From assembly GCA_028534125.1 (NCBI GenBank), contig CM052818.1, forward strand, positions 6,264,001 through 6,328,000: a DNA stretch of 64,000 nt, in the 5' to 3' direction. The DNA comes from Lama glama (Eukaryota). Both the position numbers and the translations under genes were made by a program. The notes below the pieces were generated by a model. The model did no database searches. It worked only from the letters and a program-made list of their open reading frames with translations, and was not told the origin of the DNA. The stretch's first letter is position 1, and each line of letters starts with the position of its first letter. Positions 1-13,000 of the stretch are shown one piece after another.

Positions 1-2293
1 TTAATTTCTAATTTAATTTCATTGAGATCAGAGAACATGATCTGCATCATATTAATTCCTTGAAATCTGTTGAGCATTTCCTTAGAAATCTAGAATGCAG
101 TCAATTTTTGTAAATGCTTGATGTGTAGTATATGATAAAATGTGTACACATCTCCTACCAAAATGGCAGATTTATCAAATTTCTCTCATATTTGTTAACT
201 TTTGCTTCATATATTCTGAGACTATATTGTTAGGTAACACAAAGTCATAATTATTACAACTTGTTGGTAGACTGTTCCTTTTATTATTAAGCAATGTTCA
301 TGATTACACCTATTTGTGCTTCTTTCTTAAATTCTACTTTGCTATTAATATTTTTAGACAAGATTTTTTTTTGTTAGTATTTGCCTATTTACTTTTTCCC
401 ATCTATTTTCAACATTTCTGTATGGCTTTACCTTAGATTTCTTACAACTGAATATTGGTTCTGTTTCATTTGGTTTTTAATCCAGGCTCATGTATAACTA
501 TAAATTTTTTAACAGATTTCTCTTTCCCAAACATACAGACCTTAGCCTGATGAATTGCCTATTGAAACAACCCCCATATTTAATTGTTGTCCAGTGCTCT
601 ACTTTGACCTGTTTTAAACAGAGACACACAAAATGAAGATTTTGTTTTAGTCAACAGTTAAGTAAATTTACCAACATATTTTATCAATTTCTATATTAAC
701 CAGTATTTCTTCCATCCTATGTCTTTCCTCTGGTGCACTTTTTGTCTTACTAAAGCACAACCCTTACAAGTTCTGTGGGTATCAAACTTTCTTAGCCTTG
801 GTATGTCTGAAAATGTCCTTGTTTTATTTTCACTTTCAATGATATTATAGCTTATATAAATGATAGATGGATAGATATTTTCTCTGAGCACTTTTGAATA
901 TAGTAAGTGTCCTCTGGCACCTAATTTTCCTGGTAAGAAACGTTCCTTTAGTCTAATTATCCTTCCTTCAAATTTAATATTTCTTTTCTTCCCTGTAGTT
1001 CCTAAAATTTTAATTAAATCCATGATGTTCTGCAGACTGAACAGGATGTTTCTAGATGTGAGTTTATATTTACTTATGTAGCTCTGTTCTTGGAGTATAT
1101 TTTGATCTGAGTACTCTTGTCTTAATTCAGTACTGAAAATTACCAGCTATTATCTATTGAAACATTGCTTGTCCACCTTTCCTTCCTTTCTTGTCTTTCA
1201 GAAATCTGATTAGATGTATATTAAGCTTCTCAAGTCATCCTTCATGTCTCTTTTCTATCTTGTTTTAATATTCTTAACTTTTTATTTCTCTTTCCTACAT
1301 TCTGGGTGACCACCTCTGTATTGAATTCCAATATGCTAATTCTCTCATCATCTGTTTTATCTAAACTTTATCTCATCTACTGAGTGTTTTATTCTGATGG
1401 TAATAGTTTTACTTCTAATTTTGGCATTGATTCTTTTTCACATTCAACCTTTCTTTCTTTCTTTCTGCCTATTCTTCTTATGTAATATCTTATTCTTTTA
1501 ATGGCTATCATTTCATCCCTAATTAGTATAAGCTCTCTAAAATTATTAACTTAAAGAGTTATTCTGGCCATAACATAAAATTAATTTTATTTGAATAAAT
1601 TAATCTGATTGTTGGTTTGTTGGCTATCTTCCTTAGCTTTTAGTTTCATGGTGTGATTTGAAATTTAGCTTTTGAGGCTTTTAAGTGAGAGGATTTTCAT
1701 AACTGCTTTGTCCTCATTCCTTCTCTATGTTATCTGCATCTGCTCTACTCCTATGGCCAGAGTTCAGAACCTGGCTTGACAAAAGCAGCTTGAGGTCCCT
1801 ACCCCTTGGTGACCTAAGGGCATGAAAGACAAAAATATCAGCCAAAAAGGAGTTTGATCTAGTTCAGGATCTCAAGACTCTAAGTGCCCTACCTTTCCTG
1901 GGTTTGTAGATTCTTTGAAGCTACAGTCCAGCAGCAGCTGACAGCACTGCTTTTAGCCATAGAGGGAACTACACCCTTGCCTCTGGCTTCCAGCAGTAAG
2001 CCTGAATCTAACCTCCATCCTTCCACTGGGCACTCTAAGTCCTGGTAAGAGTTAACCTCCTAGCCACCGCTCCTTGCTTCTCAGCCTGGAACCCAACAGA
2101 CCTGAGTTTCATTCAGCCTTATCCACCCCTTTAGAAAGATGTTATATCTCTGATCTACAGATTGTTTGTCTTGTTCTGAGATCAGTTATGTTTTTCTGGT
2201 TTTGTCTTTTATAGTTTACATATAATGGTTATGTGAATACACATCACTGTTACAATGAGACAAAGCATGAACTTACTATGCCATCTTGGCCTG
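1..2293 (-). mobile_element. Ancient LINE-1 (L1M/L1ME-type), 5' portion: 5'UTR, ORF1 and start of ORF2, decayed
   Basis: T-rich + strand resembling antisense L1 endonuclease (1-500) and ORF1 (~700-1600). Ends in GCCATCTTGG (~2280-2289), the reverse complement of the L1 5' YY1 motif CCAAGATGGC. Confidence 0.7.
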
Positions 2294-4189
2294 TGGGCCC
2301 AGCTTCATGCTTCTAACCCATTACAACATATGCAACATGAGGGCAGGGCCCCAAACTGGCTCATCGACTACTGTATTCTTCATAGTAGGTGTCAATAAAG
2401 GTACATTGAATAAATGAACAAATATAAATCATTTTCTTAGAAAGACAGCAAGGCCTTCAGACACCAGGTTTCAGCTTTCTCAGTAGACTAAAAGCTCTTG
2501 AGGGCAGAACCCATGTCTGATCTATCACACTGCCTAGTTTAGTAGCCTGTATGGTAAATGGTCTGTATTTCAAAGAGCCAACATATTTCTCCTGCTGATT
2601 TTCCATACAGCAAAAAGAAGTGACGTCCAGGTACATGTTGTTTTAAAGGATTAAAATCATCTTCTGAGCTGTTTTATAAGATGTTGTTCTTCACTTTAAG
2701 CTATACTTTTAAAAACAATAAATGCTTCCTAATGAAAAACATTTCACCCCAGAGTAGAGAGGGTCACATGGAAGTGGAATATTTTCACTAGAATAATATA
2801 AAAATGTGACATGTCTGACTTTAATTAATCAAGAAATCAAATGAAAAACCTTTTCCTGCTATCTTACAACACTATCAGGGACCAAGTGCAGAGAGAATGC
2901 TAAGTGAACATAATTCCTCTAGCTGAAATAACATTTTTCACACCACAGACCAAAGGACAAGGGGACAAAGAATATGTCCTTGTTGATTAATTACCTTTGG
3001 AACCAGGCCCAGCATGAGGAAAGAATACAGGCTAGGTAAAGCTACAGGTCTGCTCTCTGTTCCCTCTGCCCTCCCAAGAAACGATTCTCTGGTTTTCTGA
3101 GAGACAAATGCACTTACATGCTTTAAACCACGATGTCCATAAAGAGAAGACATTTACTTATACTTTCAAAATGAATTCACATCCTCCCAATCGACCACCT
3201 CTTCATTTCTATACATACTGAGTACCTATTGTATGCCAGACACCCTGGTAGTTCCAGAAGAATTAGAAAACAGCCCACTGAGGGGAACAAGCTACATTCA
3301 AACCCTTCCACCTAGGTAGTAACTTGACAAGTGCTGCAGGTAATAGAGGGGCAGGTCCAGGGGCAGAACAGATGCCCAGTTCTTCATGAGGAGGCTTGAA
3401 ATTCAAAGGCCTTGAAGGTTGGGTGGAATTCCTGTGGGAGACACAACATCTCTAGGCCTTGGTTTCCTTATCTGTTAAGTGGAGGATTTGAGTTAAATCA
3501 TTTTATTAAGGTTCTTTCCAGTTGAAACCTTAACTAGTCCTCTTCTGTACTCTCCATAAAAACTGATACCCCTCAGGGGGGCATTTGTAACCTGGTAAAC
3601 AGCCTCTACTGTCTAGAAACTCCTTTAGAACAGAGTGAAAAACCTAGAGACATCTGCCTCCTAGCAAAGAGAAGCTTCTCTCCTCCTTCAGAAGGTCTCC
3701 CTCCTTGAAGTAAAATCTTTTCTAAGAGAAAAGCAGGATTATCCAGAGCTCCCTGAAGGACAAAAAAATGGTACCCCAGGGAACCAGTGAGGGAAAGAGA
3801 GTCAGCCCAAAGCAGAGCACACTTTCAAATAGGTAGGTTGAACCCTTGCTTCAAATCTCTGGCTCTGATATGGCTGGATGGAAGGTGCCATCTGAAGAAA
3901 AATGGCATTTGAGATTGACAACTGATTAATACACAAGCTTGATTATATGCAAATCATCACTTTCTGTTGACTTAATTGTGATCTGATGTAACATGTATAA
4001 TTAACACATGTATTTAAAATAAATGTATATTTAATTGATATGCATATTTATAAAATGAATATTTACATGTATATGTTGTCTTTTTTTTTTTAATTGGGGG
4101 TGAATTTCTTTCCCACTAAAGTGAGATGTTTGGGGGCCCCACCGTGAACTAAGACAGAAAACAGAAAGGAATGAGAAGTTGCCTTGGAT

Positions 4190-4352
4190 ATGCGTAGTAG
4201 AGAAAGCAGTGAGCTAGCAGTCAGAAAGCCTGATTCCAGACCGGGCCTGCCTCATGCCGTGTGACTTTCATCTCCGGGCCTCAGTTTCTACATCTGTGAA
4301 AAGGCAGGTTGGGCAGACAACTTCTAAGTCACCATCCAGATCTATGATTCAG
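4190..4352 (+). mobile_element. MIR/MIR3 SINE
   Basis: MIR core GCCTCAGTTTCTACATCTGTGAAA and a MIR3-like tail. Confidence 0.7.
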
Positions 4353-7104
4353 TTATTAGCTCCCAGAACCACCTTCCACTTAGTCTTGTCAAGATGACTG
4401 GACTCCAATCACTGATAGCCCAGAGTCTCTCCAATGGAAATTAATGTGCCTAAAAATTGTACTCAGAAGATTCCAGCGACATTCTGGAGCCTGAGCCTGA
4501 GATGCCCCATCCAAGCCCACAACACTCAGAGAGCAGAAGTCCCGAGAACTGCCTACATATAAACACACCTGTGGAAGAGGAAGGGCACGGAGAGTTCACC
4601 AGCAGGGGCAGGAGGTCGGGGAGTGGGACCCAGGCCTGGTCCGCTTCTAAAGGGAAGAGGAAAGGAGGAACTGGATACGGTGTAGGCATTGTCCTAGAGA
4701 CACTGTCTAAGTAGATGGGGTTTCTGACAAGTGGTTCTGTGAAGAACAGCTTAAAAAAAAAAATACAATGGACAAATGTGTAACATCCATGCCCTCTAGC
4801 AGACAAAACTACACAGAAAAAAAAAATGAACTCCACTTTCATCATTAATGTAAGTTAAGTCTTTCTCAGTCTTTCACAAGTGAAGTAACTTGTCATATTC
4901 CGTGGGCCAACTGATTAGGAAGATTGTTCTCCCAAAAAAGCTCTCTGTATGCTATGGTTCTGGATATTTCTTGGCAGCATGGTGGAGTAAAAAGAGCCAA
5001 AAGACCTGGGTGTGCCTCTGTTTCACTCCCAGCTAGGCAGCAATCTTGAAAACGTTACCTTTTTCCTTCCTGATCTGTCTTCCTTCCCTCAACTACTTTC
5101 CTTTTTTTTGGAAAATATAATTTAGACGTCATCAAAAAAAATGAATCCAAAAACTATCCTAGATTCAATGTTAGAAATTGCAAACATGAATAAAACAGGA
5201 CATCCAAGGAGACTATGATCCAGTGAAGAGACAGTAGTATATACAACGAACTACAATGCAAAGAAAAAACGTCTGCCTTAGCAGTGATGGTGTTTACAGG
5301 GAGAGCAAAAGAAAAAGTTAACTTACTAAGAGAGGGACTGTTTAGAAAGTTGAGTCTCTAAGAATGAGCAACTTTTCAAAGAAGCAACTGTCAATATGGT
5401 AAGAGTAGTAGTTATTTTTGTTCATCTCTAGACCTCATTGTTCTGCCCATGATGCTTCTACTACTGACTGGGCAGTGGGCAACTTCCCTCTGCTCCGGGT
5501 GTATCAGCTCCTCTCTGCATACCACACTGTCGTCTAAATGGATGTGATCCTTGGCCCAGCCCTTTCTTTGCCTGCTGAAATGCATCAGACTCACTAGGTA
5601 TGCAGAGACGTTTTTTCATGACAATTGCCTACACAAAATGAAATCTGTGTTTTAGCCACAAAGCCAGGCAATCCTTAGGCCACTGCCCATGTTGTGGAAA
5701 CCAGGCTTACAGATCAAAAGAACCTTAATAACAAATGCCATTGATCAGTTGAAACCTACACATTACTAACTGGCATGGCCTCCAGGAAAGCGCTACACCC
5801 GAGCTCAGGCACACACACGCGCACACAAGGCAGCATTTTACTGTCTGTCTCCACACATGCATTTCAACTGAGTAATAGTGCCTTTTGCAAGCAGATGGGG
5901 GAGAAAGAGACTTTAAAAGATGGACTTCTATTGTTCCACCAAACAACTTAAAACTGATCGAAGCCTCAGAGGAGAGAAAAACAAAGCCAGCTCTCTAAGG
6001 CTTTCTGTCTACCCCTTCAGAAAATCATTGGCGTCCCGGGCAATACTTAGGAAAGTATTAAAATTTGAGCAACACTGGTATACTTGTTTATATGCATCCC
6101 CATAGAATCCCCCACCATGTCTACAGAAGCTTCAAAGTCTCCACAACGAGACCCGTCAGGATGTGGGGAGAGGGGGAGAGAGAGACGCGCTCAAGCGTTT
6201 GGAGACCCAGCCTGGGCATGCGGGCTCTCAGGCATCTGGTTATCCCTGCCTGACACCACGCCTGTGATTTCAGACTGTTTAATTAATTCTGATAATACCA
6301 TATCGCAGGTGCTGCAGGAAGTATGTTAATTTAAGATCACATCTTACCAATTCCCACAGGTTTCATTCAAACCTAATAAATGAAATAATCTCCACTGTGA
6401 GCGCCTTGCTTACCTAATTAGGCGTGGGGCGACGAGGCAGTCACACGTGGGGTACATCAGTGCCACTGGTCACCTTCAAAAGCGTAACTGTGACCTGCCT
6501 ACGAGCTCTGTCCCCCAGGCTTCTACCAGATACAGATCAAAGCCAAGCAAATAAGGGACCACACTGCCCTTTCTCTACCAGCAACTCTGTTTTTCCTTCT
6601 CTCACTTAATTTCTCTTCTCATCTTTTTAAAGTTCCTCTAAGAGTGGTGGATTCTATGAGATCTCATCATGTTAACTAAACTTTTAACTCTAATTTCGTA
6701 TTAATTCAGTTAACAAATACTGTAAGGGTCAGATTATTTTTAACCAATGGGTAATTTCTCACTGGGGTGTTTTTTCTCATTGATGTGGCATTAAAAGGAA
6801 CTGTCTAATTCTATCTGAACCAGTAGCAACACGAATGCCATTATGCCTCCCCACATCTCTCTCTCCCCTAGAAACTAGCTTTTTGTTGTGGGGTACAGAG
6901 CAGCCTGGAATGATCTCACTCCCACCCCTTGCCTGGCTCACCCCTCATTTCCTTCATGTCCATGCTCAAGCATTACCCCATCATCAAGGCCTTTCCTGAG
7001 CAGCCAAGTAAGAGAGTGACTCCAACCCTAAAAGCTGCACCCTGGCCTCCCTACACAAAATGAAGCCTTGGTCACTGCCGTGCCTGGCTGATGTGAACAG
7101 CACA

Positions 7105-7270
7105 GACCAGCGCTTATTAACCCTGCTCATGAGATTCACCTGGGGAACTCTGCAGTCAATGTCCAGCCCCTACCTTTTCAACCAAGATCCTAATTCACTT
7201 GGTCCAGTGTGAGCTCCAGACAACAGGATGTGTTAAATCTCCCCCAGACAAGAGTGGAGAACCTCCGATG
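7105..7270. mobile_element. MER5-family hAT-Charlie MITE, degenerate
   Basis: ATTCACCTGGGGAACT...CCCAGCCCCTACC...GGTCCAGTGTGAGCTCCAGAC resembles the MER5A internal sequence. Confidence 0.5.
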
Positions 7271-9247
7271 CCCAAAGTTAAATGGACTTAGTCTGGCCTG
7301 AGGAGTCACTTAATGGAGATGGTCTATTTTGAGTATTTATATGATCAAATAGATTAGTTATTTCTAATCCTCAGTGGACTGAGGCAAATGTCCTCTTTTT
7401 TCACTTTGTTCTACATAGACCGCAGCATTCGAGCCCCCAGGTGGGAAGAATTTATCCTAATTCCTGGTTCCTACCTGGCTTTCCAGTGGCCAGTGAATAG
7501 TAGTGACATCTGGCCAATGGGTATTTTTCTTTGCCCCAATGTCAAAACTCACTCAGACTGACTAAACTGAGACAAGATACAAAAACATGGCCTCTGGCCT
7601 TGCTGTGGAGGTAAAATACAGAAACGGACAAGTTGCACTCAAGACTTTCTGGGTAACTTCAGGCTTCTGAAGTGCCCCTTCCTCTCAAGTGCTAAGATCT
7701 GGCTCTTCCCCACCCTTGGCTCCAACCCCGATTCTCCCCGCTCCTTCGCCGAGCACACCTGAAGTGGGACCTGACTGGGAAAGACAGCCTTTCCTAGGTG
7801 CAGGGCCCCAGACACGGGTTTTCCAGCAGGGACAAGACTGTCAGAGCGACGGCGTTCAGCAGCATCCCTGTCCAGAGATCTGTGTCCTGCCAGAGGGTGC
7901 TGAGCTGGGCCCAGCAGGGCCCCCCTTCCATGTTTCCATGCCGTTTACAGGAGCATTGCCCGGCAATGGCCCAGCTATCAAGTTTCTATGTTCAGTTGGC
8001 TTCCTCTATTTTCCATTTTCTGAGCTTGGCTTTGAACAAAAGTTGAACAAATCTCCAAACCTCAGAGGGGAAACCCAGAAAACACTGCCAGGTTTCTCTA
8101 ACCCCTGCTTGAAATCATCAAACCCCCAGCGGATGCCCGAACTCAGCCAATGCTGGCTCAGCCGCCAGCCCCAGCCTCGGTAAAAAATTCATAAACCACA
8201 GAACAGCTGGGCCACAGTCTGCTTTCAGAGCAAAGTGTCCTCTACCAGGTTTTCATCTAGGCTCTACTGAAGAACTAAGTATTTATTCCTGACAGAGACT
8301 TGAAAGGGGAAATCTTACTGGCTGTCTGCTAAGAGTCACATGAGGACAGATTTGATGGGAATCCCATGCATATTCCACCTAGATAAAAGATATTATTCAT
8401 TCCTAAAACGTCTTCAGAGACTCCATTAATGGAGAAATTCCAAGTGACAGAAGTAACCAAAAAAATCCCCCTAATATCTACATGCAACTGCATTAGGATG
8501 GATCAGGGAAAGGAATGCTTAATATTTAGGCCCTCCCTAAAATCAATTTCTTTCCTTTTCATCACAAAAGATAAGAACTGGCTGAGGGAAGTGACAGGGC
8601 AAGAGGTGCCCCCTGGAAAATATATGGGACCAGTTAAACACTCCTTTTTCCGAAGAGGAGAAATATCATTAGGGGGTTGCCAGATTTTGACAATTTCTAT
8701 AGAGACTTGTCCTCCCATGAATTTCCTTGGTAAATGGAAAAGATATCTTGTTATTGTGCCATCAATATTCTACGCATGGGTGAGATGCAGCTTAAACAGG
8801 CACTTAAAAAAATTTTTTTAACTTTATCCTTTCTCCAAAGACTATGTCTAAGGAAGACTATGGAGAAGCCAAACCCCTGAAATCTTGTCCCCAACCCAAT
8901 GGGGAGCCCAAATTAAGATTCTCAGATTCAAGGAAACTTTTTTTTCTGTTATAAGCCTTTTTTTTTAACAATAAAAGCAAATTTTCTTGTACTCAGACCT
9001 ATTGCATCTCTCTGTTAACCAGCACATCTGTACATCTGTAACAGTGATAATTACTGCTCACAGTGGTGCTCTGTACATCCTTCAAGACTCTTCATAGTCA
9101 TAACAATGAGATAATGTTCTGTGTTTTTGTGATCTCAGTCTTCGGGAAAAAAATTATCTAACAATAATATACAATGTGGTCCTAAGTTAATTGACTTTCA
9201 TTTCATTTTCCTTATATGCTAAATGATATACCCAACTCAACAAATAC

Positions 9248-9320
9248 TGGATGGATGGATGGATGGATGGACGGACGGACATATGGATAGATGGGAGGAG
9301 GGGGGAGGGAGGGAGGGAGG
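9248..9320 (+). repeat. Compound microsatellite (GGAT)n-(GGAC)n-(GGAG/GGGA)n
   Basis: Directly visible. Confidence 0.95.
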
Positions 9321-9554
9321 AAGTTTTCTACCATCTAGAAATACATTCCCTGCCATAGATAAACTGGTTCAGGGGAAAGCTCGTTAATTCATAGAGCAGA
9401 GGTTCCATTCCCCATTTTCTTATTTCTAGTAACCCACATAAATTCACTGTTTATTTTCACAATCTACAGAACAGCCCTAATAGAAATAAAAGATGAAGCA
9501 AGCAGGGCATAGGATTTAAATTAGACCCAGCCCCAGAGTGAATGCCATAGATAA

Positions 9555-9780
9555 CGCTTTGCATTTGTATCGAACTTTCGTGTCTGATTCAAAACAGCTT
9601 CACAAACACTCCTCTGGACCTCGCCACAATCCTGTGAGGCAGCTCTGGCAGGTGTATCATTGCCACGTTCAGATGAGGCAGCAGAGGCCAACAGAGGTTA
9701 AATACCTCATCAAGTCACATGGCTGGTTTGATGGAAGCAGAATTAGACACAAGAACCCTTTCAGCCCACTAGCCTTCTCC
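9555..9780 (-). mobile_element. MIR SINE
   Basis: Reverse MIR core CAGATGAGGCAGCAGAGGCCAACAGAGGTTAAATACCTCATCAAGTCACATGGCTGG. Confidence 0.7.
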
Positions 9781-10919
9781 ATCCTGAGGACATTCTCATG
9801 TTAATTAGAGAATACGCCCTCTGGCCAGGAATGAAAACAGTGGTTGAGCATCAGCTGAGAAGTCTACAGAATCCAAGGTACACAGAAAGGCAACCAATTT
9901 TCCAGAATTAGGATAACATCACATCCTCCCTGATTCTTCCCCAAGCATTGTTCTCGCTCTTTCCCTTCTGCTTCCGTCTTCCTTGGTCTTTCATCACCTT
10001 CCCAAATTCTTCTATGAGGTGTTCCCAGTTCCTCCGATCCAGTCACTTCTTCCTCCTTCAAGCTTACAGTTTGTACCTCTCCTGGCACTTGTCACGTGTA
10101 CCTTTGTCCCATCACTCACCTAGCCATCTTGAATTTTACTCTATACCTTGAATTGTCATTTCTTTAACTGTAAGGATGCCCACAGACTGCACCACCTACC
10201 AGCACAGGGAGAATGTGGAGAGGACACCTGTTGTCTCCAGTACACAACTGATCATTCCACCTTGACTAGCACTGAAGCCCCCTTGTCCTGGTTACAGCAT
10301 TGTTGAGAATCATCCCTTTCCTTTCTCAGTCCCCATGGCTCAGGAGTAGCCAAAACCTTTGTCCTGCCCAGGGATGGATACACGATCCAACCAACCTACG
10401 AGGCTCAATTCTGAGATCTGTGAGGACAGTGGAAAGAAGCTCGGTTTCTGCTGAGACCGCCAACAGAGAAGATGACGTAAGCCTGGACGTGCTGGGAGCC
10501 ACACAGGGAGCCTGAGTCTGAACTCAGCATGGAGAAGGAGAACCAAGGGATGAGCAATTCTAGGTCCTGATGAGAACATCTGAGATCCAGCTACCTAACC
10601 CCTGGACTTCTGGGAGGACAAGAACTATGTGTTTTCTTTGTTTCGTTTAAGTCAGTTGGAACTGGATTCAGGCAGGGTCCCCTCACTTCTTTAAGGGAGA
10701 TTCTTTGGAGGCCAATTTGATTATGAAAGAGACTATGGAATTTTCTGAGAACTGAGTATGCACAGCAATCTTGTTTATTACAGATCAATAAAAATGGGAA
10801 GATTTTTAAGACGCTTTTATTTACACATTACAAAAGACTGAGAAACATTCCACTGTCCACAGCAAAGGCAAAGGATATTATATAAAAGTATATCAATACA
10901 CTCATCATAAAAATCATTA

Positions 10920-11423
10920 TTATTTTTCACCAATTCTTAGATGTATATTATTCTCATATTGTAGCAACCCTGAAATCAGAACGTGTCATATAATCAATGG
11001 GCTTATATAACCCGCCGGCTTGAAATGAAGTTGAATTCTTCCAGAGACGACTGGCATTTGTTTCTGCCAATCAGAGCTATCTGAGCCTACTGGGGATTAT
11101 TTTCTCTGCCTTAGTGTTTGGACAATATCACCAGCACTCCTCAGACCTGTGTGACCACCAACTTGTGTCTCAAATTCTTGAACCGGTTCAGGTTTTCTTC
11201 TCTCTGCAGAGGCCCAAACCTGGGACGTGCGGCCTTCCTTGCTGGCCCTCACGGAATTTTCCTTTACTCTCTCTCTCTGAGTGAGTAGCTCTTTGGTATC
11301 CTGCCTTTATGTAGGGGTCTCTTATTAAACTTCTTATCTTGGATATTTTTCCTTTATGCAAGTTGTACATAAAATAACGGTGCTTGTTACAATAGGTGGT
11401 ATCTTGAATTTCATGAATTATAG
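10920..11423 (+). mobile_element. MER104-like Tc2 MITE split by a ~330-bp insert (probably an old L1 5' fragment)
   Basis: Left half TATTTTTCACCAATTCTTAGATG...CTGAAATCAGAACGTGTC (10920-11010) and right half GTACATAAAATAACGGTGC...ATCTTGAATTTCATGAATTATAG (11340-11423) match the recalled MER104 ends. Confidence 0.6.
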
Positions 11424-12789
11424 TTTTATTATTAATACTAAACTTGACTTGGGAAAGCAATGGTGATTATAAAGTCCCTTGAATTCCCCTCCTGATGCTT
11501 TCAAGGGATGTCTTTCTCTCACTGGGAATCACAATCAGGACTAATAGAGACCAGGTTGTGAACATCTTCCTAAATCTCACTGAGTCTAGAATAAAGCCAG
11601 GAACATAGTAATTGCTCAATAAATAAACATTTAGTTTCTGAACTAATGAAATTAATGACTGATTAAGATTTTATGAACCTAAATGCAACTGAAGAGGCAG
11701 AGAAAACTGTACCAGGGCAGCTCTTGGGCTGAACGCCTTCTAAACATGAGCTCAAGATGTGGTCCTATAAATAAAGGGATCTCCTTTCAGAAGAGCCCAA
11801 TTATATGTCCCTCCACATTATGTCACACCACTGGGAGCACCAGTACCCACATGTCTGGAGGCACTAGATGTTGCAATTAAAATGGTTTTCTGCCATTTCA
11901 TGTGAACGTCACTGGATACTTGAGTAGTCTTCTAAGCACCCACTTTGGTAACAGTGGTTTAAGTACCAAATGAGATTTCTTTTCATTCAGTTGAGCTTCC
12001 AGAAATGCCACAAAATTACTCTCCAGCATTACAGAAAACGATTCCTGAGAAGGTTGAACAAGATGTAACCTTTCACCCTCTAACTTTATTACCACTGGGG
12101 TGAAACCTTTGTTAAATCCAGATTTATAACCCTTCTCGGTTCATACTGCCAATGGTTCTGCGAGCACGGAGCCTGCATTTGTTGCCAGAGAGAAAACATT
12201 TGCTCAGTGAATTCTCTTGGTCTTTATCTCCTTTCTCTTGAGGATTGTTAGAAAATACAGCATTGACTCTCGCTCTCTTTCTTTCTCTCTCTTTCCCCTC
12301 AGAGCCTCTTGCCATATAACAAGATTGTTAAAGACAAATTGCTAACCATCCCTCTTACACACACACCTCATTAAACTGGTTGCACAATTTTCTTTCATTC
12401 TTTCTCCAGGGTTGTTGTAGGAATATAGCCATTTATAATAACCGCCACTGTTGAGTGTAACTGCTGGGTTCAGGTGAGCGTATGTATACATTCTTTGTTT
12501 TGCAAAAGGCTTTCTTTCAGGTACAAGTAATTTAGTTCTGTTTCCTTAGATGAATGACTGGCATATTAGAAGACCTCGGGTCACCTGGGGTTCAGGTTGG
12601 TGTTTAATGAGTTCTGCTGAAATTCTGAGAACTACATGAGAGACTTCTGAATGGGCACCTTATAGGTGATTTCTCATCATCCTCCTCATCTTCAGCATTA
12701 TTGAAAAGCTAATGTACAAAGACATGAGCAGGCCTCCGTCACCACCTCAGCTCACCCAACTGAGAATCCAAAAGGAGAGCACATATGTC

Positions 12790-13000
12790 AGGCAGGACAC
12801 ATGCCCACGAGTCAGGAGGTCTCGAGAGAGACTTACCTCTGCTGCCCTCCTGTTTTATGACCTTTGAGCCTCAGTTTCCCCATGTATGAAATGAAAATTA
12901 AAATACCCTCCAATCTACCTAACAGGGATTCTAAGATCATTCCAAATAATTGATGCGGAAGTGCTTTGAAAGTATAAAGCAGCAAACATGTGGAAAGTAT
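12790..13000 (+). mobile_element. MIR SINE
   Basis: GAGCCTCAGTTTCCCCATGTATGAAATG core. Confidence 0.7.

Noticed and set aside
4457..4714. Acidic/proline-rich 85-aa ORF that looks protein-like
   Set aside because: TTG start, no splice context and no recognisable homology.
12661..12710. Minus-strand segment reading LFNNAEDEEDDEKSPI after a possible acceptor
   Set aside because: Low-complexity (GAT/GAG) run, weak donor, and no neighbouring exons to support it.
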